From positions 13,026,322 to 13,090,321 of the forward strand of contig NC_057751.1 in the NCBI RefSeq assembly GCF_004010195.1: a DNA stretch of 64,000 nucleotides. Direction: 5' to 3'. This document shows positions 39,301 to 51,300 of this stretch, piece after piece (positions within the stretch are counted from its first letter, which is position 1; the number at the start of each line of letters is the position of its first letter). The position numbers were made by a program, and so were the translations under genes. This stretch comes from Chiloscyllium plagiosum. Taxonomy: Eukaryota. Under the pieces are notes generated by a model, which was not told where the DNA came from, ran no database searches, and saw only the letters and a list, made by a program, of their open reading frames with translations.

Positions 39301-42300
39301 TCTCATCAGGCAATCTTGACTGTCAGAATCTCTCTCATTTATTTTTGCTGGGAATGTAACTCAAGAGTGGCATGACAGTTACTCAGGCTATTGAGACCAA
39401 CATTCAGCACACAAATTTGAAACGTCAAGAGCTGCTTAGCTTCCTTGTGTGAATCATTGCCATGGTAATGAAGATCCAGGCTATCTTTACAAAGGAAGAA
39501 GGAGCACCTGATTGGTGGGGTTAAGGGGGGAGGAGGGGGAGGAGAAATGCCAAATTGGAGAGCCCGCTGAAAGCAGGCAAGGGGGTTGCAATTCACGATT
39601 AGCCAGTGCCCATTCATTGTCATGCAGGCAGCATGCCAACTTCACACTGCCTGCTCATTTGAATGATTGCTGTGTGCAGCTATTGCTAACCATGCTGTTC
39701 ATTGGTTGGATACATCAGCAGGGGGCTCAAAATTGTAACTTCCTCACTGCACTTAAAGCTGGCTTGCACTGTTCAGATCTTGCCTGCATCTCTTTAAAGG
39801 GAGCTTCACTGAGGTTCGAGCAGCTGCTGACAATTATACATTGAGTTAGTTCAACATGGAAAACAGTGACGAATGGCACAACATTGAAGTTTTCAGACAC
39901 TGCACCGAAGGGCCCAGAGGAAAGAAGGAGAGATGTTGATGTTGACAATGAGTGTGGAAACCTTCTTGAGGCAGCCGATAACTACTAAACTTGATTGAGG
40001 ACTATGACATACTGCTGCAGGAAGGTCAGCAATCTCACCCAAGTGGGCAATGATACATCTTCAAATGCTACAGCCTACAAAGTGTGCTGATGGGAGTGGG
40101 ATGGGGTTACTGGTTAGCTCAGCTGGCTGGAAAACTGTGGTTCAGAAAACACCAGCAGCATGGGTTCGATACCTGCTCCAGCCAATGTAGACATGAATCC
40201 AGCCTCTCAGAATGGAAGGAAATAATGAATCACCATCGACAAGAACAGCCAGGAGAACAGCTCAGGAGGAACCATCAGCGAAAATGACCCAAGAATCTGA
40301 CTTCAGGTAGAGGACACATGACAGTGACATCACTAGACTCAGATACCACTCAATTCACCGCACTGCCATCTTACACTAACAAACAATATCCACCAGTCAG
40401 CACTCATAACCCACCTTTGTAGCTTCACCTCACCTTCACTCACTTAACATTACTGCATGCTTTACACTGCCATCCCACAGCTTGTGCACACTGCCAGCTA
40501 CCTAAGCATGGCAGCTACAACAGCAAAACTACATTGGACAACACTCACTGAGACACGTGGCTTTTTCTTGCAGAAAATGGTGGTGGACAATTAGAACTAA
40601 CTGTAGGGGGACAAATATGCCTGCATCTTCCAAATCCCATTGAGAAGATGGTGTTGGGCATTTATGATCGCCAGAGTTCAGACTTCGGTGAACAGCCAGA
40701 ATGAGACTGTCAAAGATCACACTATCTTCAAACCTAGTTCTGTTTCACACATCCCACTTAACACCCATAATACAATGTCTGCTGTACACTTGGATCTCTT
40801 ACTCCCCACAACATCCTGCACCTCAACTTTATTCTTGTGTCTTTTCCTTCCAGGTACACCAAGAGATGCAACCTAATCAGGGAGTGGGGGAAGAAAAGAA
40901 AGACACATCACTTGTTTGACAGTTACAGGTTCCAACTCAGATACTGAGAGGCTTGAGTAGAGGTGGAGTCTGTTCATGGTGAGACACTGGGCAGAAGAGA
41001 GCAGCAAGGGCAGGGGGCAAAAATAGCACTGATGCCAGTTCAACAAAGGGTAGGCACACACATAAATCCCTCTGCACAGGACTTAGATGAGGACATCCCT
41101 GAGGTAGCTCACAGAAGAACAGTGGCAAACGGACAAAATGAACAGTTTGAGGCAGTGGGAAGTCTGCCAGAAACAGTCGATCTCAAGGTGCAAGGATGGA
41201 ATCCTGCAATCACTAGGCATAGAGCGTTCAGGAAAACTTGGAGAACATCCCCTCCAGTATGGATGAGTAATGAACTCTGTTCTCACACTTGAAGTATGAC
41301 AACACACAAGCATGAGAGAAAGTGAGGACTGCAGATGACGGAGATCAGAGTGCAGAGATCCAAGGAGCAGGAGAATTGATGTTTCAGGCATAAGCTTCCT
41401 GATGAAGGGCTTATGCCCGAAATGTTGATTCTCCTGCTCCTCAGATGCTGCCTGACCTGCTGTGCTTTTCCAGTACACTAACATGACTGCTGTTTCAACA
41501 TTCATTGGAGCATCTTTCAACAGTATTGCCTGCTGTTTTGAATCCAAACACTGTGGTACTCCAGAGCTGGTTGCACACTAAACTGAGACTAAACTGCAAT
41601 AATTGGAAGTCAGTCCATTATTTGTTTATTGAAATACACTTTCCAAATACAACTCTTTGAAGTCAATAAATAAGTGTAATCTGCAACATGAGTGAAATCA
41701 TAACTTAGGCTTTAGGATTAACAGATTTGCTCTTCTGAAAGGAGCCTTTGTGCCCAACTTAATTATAATTTGCTCTGATACCTATTAATTTTCAAAATGA
41801 TCAGTCTGCACCAAGGAAACCAGAAATTGTGTTGTAATTGAAATGTGGTTTCTTCAAGCTTTATTTTGAGTTTGGACTGAAGCGTTGGGAGCAAAGACAC
41901 AACTGTTAAACTGTTCTGGTGTAGTCACCTATAGTAGGGAGTGGAGACAAAAGATGTGTTTCAAAAGGTCAATGGGAAAGTGGTGAGTCCAGTAGGATTG
42001 GTTCTTCAGAGATGTTCAGGCAGTGGCTATGCTTTTTCAGCACTCCAGTGGTGTTTGGGTTTGGGCAATTCCATGTGATCATATTCAAGCTGCCAACATG
42101 TCATGAGCAAGGTGGCCAGTGGATATCCCTTCTCACCTAGCTGCTACCCTCTGATTCAGCAAAAGCAAAATAGTGCAGATGCTGAAACTGTGAGATAGAA
42201 ACATACCTGCTGAGTTCCTCCAGCACCTTATGTTTTTCTCTCTCTCTGATTTAGTATATTGGTTATATAATTTCTGACATCAGTGCCACCAGCATGGCCA

Positions 42301-45300
42301 TTTTCACTGGAACGACCTGAGTTGCCTTTCTCTGCCACCAGTCTTCCTCCTTCGTATTTGTGTAAGTTACAAGAAGTTCTGTGTAAGTTGTGAAGGATGC
42401 CCACACAAAGCCTTTGGCAGAATAAAGATTTGATGAAAGTGCACCTGAACAGCAATAACGGCTAAATTCATCTAACTTCTGATGAAATGTCATTAATCTA
42501 AACAGTACAGGCATGGAGAATTTCCAGCACTTAGTGTGTCCATATTATCGATGTTAATTGCTTGGTTGAGCCAGTGGGTTGATCCAATAGTTTGGAGGCG
42601 TATTTTTGTTTGTATCTTTGTGCGTTTGCCTATACTTTCCCACCACCCCACAACTGGGGTACATCAGGGCCCAATAACTGTGGTCTAGTGCTCTGGGAGA
42701 CCCACTGGGCATGGGTAAGGAGCTGAGCTGGCCTGCTGACTATTTCCAGCATTCTCTCAATTGTGTTCCTGATTCCAGCGTCAGCAGCTCTTTGCTTTCA
42801 TGTAAACCTTGCTATTGCACTTATGCCAGGGTTTGGGTCACTCTTCTTAAGACTGAGGATGAGTTTCCTTCCCTCTGGTACTGTGAGTCCTGAGGTGAAT
42901 AAATAGACCAATGTTGGATCTGCATACCCTGCTTCTAATGCACGTAAAGTTGTGGACAGGAACTGAACTCCTATTTTTAAATATGCACTTAAAGAACCTG
43001 TTTGAAATGCGTGTGCTAAATCTTTTTTACTCTCCCTTTCAAGATGGGTAAAATTTGAAGAGAAAGTAGAGGAAGGAGGCGAGAGATGGAGTAAGCCCCA
43101 TGTGTCTACATTATCTCTGCACAGTCTGTTTGAGCTGCGGACATGTCTCCAGACAGAGACTGTACTGTTAGATTTGGATGGATATTCCTTGCCACAGATC
43201 ATAGGTAAAACACTGTTTTGTTGTCTTCTGCTATGAAGTGGTTAAAAATCATTCAAACCAAGTAAGTCAGTGCACATGACCTAGAGCATAATCTCTGTGA
43301 AAATGTTTCCAATTGAATGAAAATAATGCAGAAAGCCTTCAAGTTTCTCTCGCTGATCAATGCACCACAACTAACATGATTGTTAATTCTATTAAAAATG
43401 ACACTCGTCATACATGAAGGTTGCCGAATTGACATTCTGAGAAGATTTGGTTAGGTAGAACTCTTCTGCATTCAAACAGATGCCACAGATGGTTCCTCCT
43501 AACAGTATTGGAAATAATGAACAGAGTAGAGAAAGTAAGCTCAGATACAGCAGGATAAGAAGTGGGAAGCTTTGAAACTCAAAAATTAGGAATAGTGCCA
43601 GGAATGCAGTAATAGTTGAGGCATGTTGCCAAGAAGGCTTGTTTGGACCAGTGCACTTCATAATGGAAGATTTAACATTGTGGTGAAAATATCAATGGAC
43701 AGAAACACCTAGAACCATGTCTACCCTCTGAGCTTGTAGGAAAGTTACAGAGGGGTGGAAGGATGCAACTTTGCACACATCATTCCTTATCTAAGAAAAG
43801 AGGGGTCATAGAAAATTTGAAAAGTTTTTTTGTTAGAGGAAAGGGTAGGAATAAAAGAATTAAGCCCATTAATGCCCAGCCATTGCGACAAAAAGATGAA
43901 TATGTCCATGATTACAGATGACATCATTGAGAAGCAAATTGAAGATGGACTTATTAAAGCAGATGTCCGAGAACAGATATCCTACATCCTCCTGAGAAAA
44001 CATCGTCACCAAACCAAGAAACCCATCCATCGCTCTCTAGTTGACATTGGGAAATCATCGACAACATCATCAGGTAAACTAAACTGTATGATGTGTCATT
44101 AATGGCAGGTCCTGAATCAAAAACCAATACTTGGGATGGACTTTATCTGTCTTTTCATTTCTCTGTGATGAACAGTATTTACATTTGGGCTTAGGAGCAT
44201 CATTCTGACTGTTGCTGGAGAAAATTATTTTTTATCAAAACAATCTGTATTAATTCAGGTTTGAACAGCACCTCACTTCCTTCTAATTTGTCACTATCTT
44301 GCCTCACTGATAACCAATACCGTAAATTTAGCAATTCACATAAGATTTGCAGATTAGGTGGACTGGCCATGTTAAATTGCGGTGTAGCATCCATGGATGT
44401 GCAGGCTAGATGGGTTAGCGGGTGTAAATGCGGGGTTACGGAGATGGGATATGTCTGGGTGGGATGTTCTTCAGAGTTTCATTGCAAACTCGATGAGTTG
44501 ATTGGCCGCTTTCCGCACTGTAGGCATCCTATGATTCAAATTGTGCATTTTATGAATTATTTTTAAAGGCGCTGCTCCCAAACATGTTTCTTGGGTGGGA
44601 TTTTATGTCTATTAGTTTCTGAATATTCCATGATTTTCTGTGACTAACTTGTACTTGCAGGAACTTGAGACCATTTCTAAAATACATTGGATTGAACATG
44701 TTTTTCATTGTCAGTTGAATACCTGACCAAAATGTAGTCATCTTAAGGGAAAGGGGCTGCACTTACAGGAATAGGACTAGGTCATTCAGCCCCTTAGTCC
44801 TGTTGCACGGTTAATTTGTGTCAAAAATAAGCTATGCCTCAACTCCATTTGTGAGCCTTTTTACTTGATACCCTGCTTTGAGAGATATCTATTTAACTGT
44901 GTCTTGAAAATTTTGATTGACCTCAGCATCTGCAACTGTTTGGGAAAGAGCTGCAGATTTTTCGTCCCTAATCTGTTGCTATTAGTAAATATGGTGAGTT
45001 TGAACTGGAAAGGGTACAGGTACAAATTGGCTATTTGTCATGTATTCATAGTGAATCATGGTTGGTCAATCTGGCAAGTTTGCTTGCAACTTTGTGCTGT
45101 TTCCAAAAATATCTGACACATGGATAATACAAAGAATTCTGACTGACAGGGCAGTAGGACGTTATGAAGCTCCACCAAACCATGCCAGGGAACAGAATGC
45201 AATTGCTCCCGCTGCTGATTTCCTGATGTTTCTGTGAACACTCAAATGGAAGCACGAGGCAGAAGGATGGCTCCTTCTGGGAAAAGACACTTGAGGGGTG

Positions 45301-48300
45301 TTAATCTTGCCATATCTCCCTTACATAAAAGCAACCTACTTTAGAACAGGAATGGTGGTGAAACTTGTTGCTTGCCAACTGTCATTTTGATGTGTGGAAT
45401 AATGTGGGAAGCTTGAAAAGGAGTAGTTGAAACACACACCATCATTTACAAGTGTATGGTTTGACATCTGTAAAGACAATTTTACATTTCACAAATGTAT
45501 GATCTCCATATCGCTCTTGTTCTGGCATCGTGCACATCCCAATTTTCTTTGCTCCACCATTGGTAGGGATGGCTTCAACTGCCTAGCTTGAAGCTTTGAA
45601 ATAAACACTTCCATGTCTCTGCCTCCCTCCTTTCTCTAAATAAAATCTATTGCTTGGCTAAATTTCTGGTTACTTGCCATATGTCATCTTATAGAGTCAA
45701 AGAGATGTACAGCATGGAAACAGACCCTTTGATCCAACCCGTCCATGCTGACCCAGATATCCTAATCCAATCCCACTCGCCAGCACCCAACCCATGTCCC
45801 TCCAAAACCTTCCTATTCATATACCCATCTAGATGCCTTTTAAATGCCCTCTAGTTCTGGACACCCCGACCCCAGGGAAAAGACTTTACCTATTTACCCT
45901 ATCCATGCCCCTCATAATTTTGTAAACCTCTATATGGTCACCCCTCAGCCTCCGACACTCCAGGGAAAACAGCCCCAGCCTGTTCAGCCTCTCCCTATCG
46001 CTTAAATCCTCCAAGCCTGGCAGCATCCTTGTAAATCTTTTCTGAACCCTTCACAACATCTTTCCGATAGGAAGGAGACCAGAATTGCATGCAATATTCC
46101 AACAGTGGCCTAATCCTGCACAGCTGCAACATGACCTGCCCATTGGCCCATCTGGTCCAGGTCCTGTTGTAATCTGAGGTAACCCTCTTCGCTGTCCACT
46201 ACAGCTCCAATTTTGGTGTCATCTGCAAACTTACTAACTGTACCTCTTATGCACACATCCAAATCATTTATGTAAATGACAAAACGTAGAGGACCCAGCA
46301 CCGATCCTTGTGGCACTCCACTGGACACAGGCCTCCAGTCTGAAAAATAACCCTCCATCACCACCCTCTGTCTTCCACCTTTGAGCCAGCTCTGTATCCA
46401 AATGGCTAGTTCTCCCTGTATTCCATGAGATCTAACCTTGCTAACCAGTCTCCCATGGGGAACCTTGTCGAACACCTTACTGAAGTCCACATAGATCACA
46501 TATACCGCTCTGCCCTCATCAATCCTTCGGTGTAAAATTTGAAGGAAACGCATGTGAAAATGTTTGCAACACGTTGTTGAGTGAAAAGGTACCGTCTCAA
46601 AGCAAGTCGTTGTTGTTATATTTCATCAGTGCTCCAGATGATGCTGGCAACATACATGAATGGGAAAGACAGGTGGGGAGTTTAAGAAGGACTCAATTTT
46701 CAATCTTAGCTGGTGTGAGTTTTCTGGCCCTGAAGAATCTGCAGCCTGGCTGAACCAGAAAAATGTGGCTGGTGTACAAAATGGTGGTTGTCTTATAGAT
46801 GGTCAAAGGTTAAGGCAGCAGCTTACTATGTATTCTGTATTGTTAGAATGCTGGCACTGACAGCTGAAAGGTGAAATACATCCCATTGTCCAATAATAAA
46901 AGATGAGGAGACAATCTTGTTTCATTGCCACGATTCTTTCATGCACACGCATTGCAATGATTCCCTTCCTACTGTTATATATATTGTTTCTTTCCTTACT
47001 AACTGTTTGAATTACCACATTACCTACAGCTCGCAGTCCCAACCGAATCCCTGGCATTGGGACAAACTTTTACCGCTCTACTGAAGACTTGAGACTGAGG
47101 CAGGCTGCCAGTTATGGATGGCTACGTAAGTCACCTATGGAAGTTATCCAGTGACCAGCTAACTAAGATGAAGGCACCACATGTAGCCTACATGCATGCA
47201 TCCTTTCCTTGGTTAATGCCCAGACAAAGTATTCGCCAATAAATTGAAGGATTTCAAATGCCAACTTTTTCTTTTCACTGTCTTCTCAACTCTTTTTTTC
47301 TGTTAAGGTATATCTACGTGCATTCCAAATTACATGATGTGGCTTTGTTTTTTTCCACATTGCAGGTCGTGCTCAAAGCAGAAGCATGAATGACATCGCA
47401 GATACTCCCAGCACAGATCAGGTCAGTCTCAACCATGTGACAATGGATGGAAATCATCATCATGAACTCATGCCCTGAACGTCAGAATTTTCATGGATCC
47501 CTGAAGACATGTAATCTCCTAACACAGATCACAGATTTGTAGTTAAACCAGTAACACTTGCATCATTGTGTTAGCTCATTTTTCCTGACACAAGGTATGT
47601 ATAGTGAGGCAATCCACTCCCTCCTGGGGGCAAAGATTTCAGGTTGCTGTATTTGTCAAGCTGTAGTAAGAACATTTGTAAGTGACCTCAGGTCCTCTAC
47701 TTGTGAAGAAAACCACAAAAAAATTAACTTGAATTGCTTCTCCTGAAAAGGATTTCATGAGCCTTTCCTAGTGTGCAGGGTGTTCTAGCTAAGTGCGTAA
47801 AGAAATGGTTGAGCAACAGGAGACAGAGTAGTAGTTGAAGGGAGTTTCTTGAAATGGGGAAAGGTGACCATTGGTGTTCCACAGGATCAGTGCTGGGGCC
47901 ACTGTTGTCTATGGTATACATAAATGATCTGGAAGAGGGCATTGTTGGTCTAATCAGTAAGTTTGCAGATGACACGAAAATTGGTGGAGTAGCAGAAAGC
48001 ATAGGGGACTGTCAAAGAATACAGGAGAATACATATAGAGTGGAGAGTTGGGTGGGGAAGTGGCAGATGAAGTTCCATCCAGACAAATTTGAGGTTTTAG
48101 GAAGTCTAATTGTAGAGCGAACTAGACTGTAAAGTTCATGAGCACAGAGATCTGGGAGTTCAGGTCCATTGTACCCTGAAGGTGGCTGCACAGGTGGATA
48201 GAGTGGTCAAGAAGGCATATGGTATGCTTGCCTTCATCAGACAGCGTATTGAGTATAAGAGCTGGGAGGTCATGTTAAAATTGTACAAGACTTTGGTTTG

Positions 48301-51300
48301 GCCACATTTAGAATATTGTGCACAGTTCTGGTTGCCACATTACCAAAAGGATGTGGACACTTTGGAGAGGGTGCAGAGAAGGTTTATGAGGATGTTGCCT
48401 GGTATGGAAGGTGCTAGCTATGAAGAGAGGTTGAGCAGGTTAGGACTGTTTTAATTAGAAAAAAGGAGATTGAGGGTGGATCTGATTGAGGTCTACAAAA
48501 TCATGAAGGGTATAGACAGGGTGGATAGAGAAAAGCTTTTTTCCCAAGGTGAGAGATTCAATAACAAGTGTTCAAGGTGAAAGGTGAAAAGTTTAAGGTG
48601 GATACACATGCAAAGTATTTTACACAGAGGGTAGTAGGTGCCTGGAACATGTTGCCAGAAGAGGCAGGCATGGTAGATTAATTTAAGTTGCATCTAGACA
48701 GATGCATGGATAGGTGGGGAGCAGAGGGATACAGATCCTTAGGAATTGGGCGACAGGTTTAGACAGTGGATTGGATCATCTCAGGCTTGGAGGGCCAAAG
48801 GGCCTGTTCCTGGGCTGTAAATTTTCTTTGTTCTTTGTTCTTTGAGCCCTGCTCCAAGTCAGTATGTGAGGACTTCAAATTAAATACAGCAATGCCCCTC
48901 CTGCCCTACTGTTTTTGGTTAGCAACTGGATAAATGGATCAAGGACACAGCATGTGGTGGTAGAATTTGCAATGTTGATGTCATGGTTTACTTGTTAGAC
49001 AAGTAACAAATTATACAATTGATAAATTCCCATGTCTTCCCATATCTGAGGAATTCATGCGCAGTGTGTTTTCTGGGTTGGGCTCTCAAAACTTCCAAGT
49101 AATTAGCAATGAAAATAATGCATAAATCCCATAAAATGTTAACAGCAGCCTTTGATCTTTCACTAGGATTTTTTTCATTTCTTTCACAGGATTGGGGCAT
49201 TGCTGCTGAGGCCAGCATTTATTGCTCATCCCTAATTGCTCTTGGGAAGGTGGTAATGAGCTACAGTTCTTGGAATGTAGGGAGACCCCCAGTACTCTTA
49301 GTGAGGGAGTTGCAGGAGTCTGATCTAGCAACACTGAGGAATGGCAATCTAGTTTCAAGGCAGGATGTGACTTGGAGGGAAACTTGTGAATCACAGTTTT
49401 CCCATCTGCTCCTCCTAGCTGGGAAAGGTCATTGGTTTGGAAGGTGCTGTCAATGGAGCCTTATCAAGTTGCAGCTTGTACATGGGACACTCTACCGGAG
49501 TGAATGCTGAAGATGGTGAATTATCTTGTTTCTTTATTTTGTTGAATGGATGTAAGTGCTGCTGAAGGGTGTTGTTGCCAATTCTTAATTAACCTCGAAC
49601 TGTCCAGACCATTTTGGAAAGTAGTTAAGAGCCAACCACATTCCATTGTAAGTGTGAGTGGATAAGTGAATGAGATGGGCTTTTATAATAATTGATAGAA
49701 TAATAATATTAAAATAATATTATTATTTTATAATAATACAATCATGTTCTCATGGTCACTAGCTTTATATTATGGATTTTATGAGCTGAATTGAAATTCC
49801 ACCCCTGGATAGATTTGAAACCCCCTCCTAATGGCATTAACCTAGATTTTTGAATTATTGATCCAGTGACATGACTACTCACTCTCACATTTCCCCTTGA
49901 AAAGGATGGGGTACTGATGGAATGGCTGCTTTATCCTGGATGGTGTCAAGCTTCTTGAGTATTATTGGAGCTGCACCCATCCAGGCAAGCGGGGATTATT
50001 CCATCACAATCCTGACTTGTGTCTTGTAGATAATGGACTGTGCTGCAGCAGATTCATATTTAGATTTTATCTTTATGTGGGCTTGTGTTGTGAGGGTTGT
50101 CAATACCTAGACTTTCCTTTAAACCAATCAATAAGTAGCCTCCGTTCCCATCCAGACCATCCGATATACTTGTAATGTCTTGAACCTCACAATTTAGCTG
50201 GACCCCTGAAGTCATGTAATCTCCTAATACATATCAGCCAGGATATGTGCATGGGCAGAGCATGCTCACGTAGTTGAATGGCTCATTCCAGTTATTTTGG
50301 TTTCATGAGAGAGGCAACAAAACATTAGAAATCCACATTACTGAGGACAAAAAGTGGAAAGTTTCACTCTGACCCATTTTGCAGATCAAACTACCCCAAA
50401 AGCATTCTCTGGCCCATTGGAGTAACTCTCATGAATGTGTAGAATCACTAAAGGAATTTTTAAAAGTCATTCTTATTGTACTACACTTTAGATGAGAGGG
50501 AACATATCAGTAATGAACTGAAACCTCTCTCAAGAAAGCAGATACCTCTGCAACATCTCTCAGATGGCAGGAGTGATGACCTGCAGTGTGGCATATGTGA
50601 AAGTTCAGACTAGACAGGTTACTTTCAAAAGACAGTTTTAATTTTAAATCTTATAAACTTTCAAATTAAGTCATATTCTCCCTCTGTCTACACAGAGTAT
50701 ACCACAGAAATTAGTCATGGATAGTTGACATAGTGAACTCTTTTTTTGGTGAATTTCATCTTGAACCTTAATTGTACTAACCTCACATTATGTGGAGTAT
50801 GAACATTCACTCAGTTCCTTCACGCTACTGGACTCCAAACCTTCCTTGTGCTGAAGGCAATATTCAAAAACATAAGCATAATAGCAATATTGTGCATAAT
50901 ACTAGAACAATAATTGAACACTGAACACTGAGGTGAAGAATTTTTCCAACACACTCTTGTTGGGAGATGACTGCTTCAAAGCCTGCTGCAAGTGATTATT
51001 CTTCATTTGTGAGCTGAGGCAGAGAGCTCATCAGACAGCAGTGAGAGCAATGGTTCGTGCTTCTGTTCCCTGGCACCGAATGTTGAGAGCAGTTAACTCA
51101 GTACAGTGTAAGAATCAAACCAGGTGCTGTCAGATTTGCAGTAAAACAGATGATCCTTTCATCCATGTTTTAGGAGAACAGTATCCTTTCTCTAAACGAA
51201 GCACAGCTACCTTATTAAATATAAACATGAAAGCACTGATATTGAGTGACAAGAAGAACAGACATGTACAATAACTCAATCTAATTCAACTCAAGACTTA

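Noticed and set aside
51181..51190. U12-type donor GTATCCTTT
   Set aside because: No exon upstream; all assembled introns have U2-type donors.
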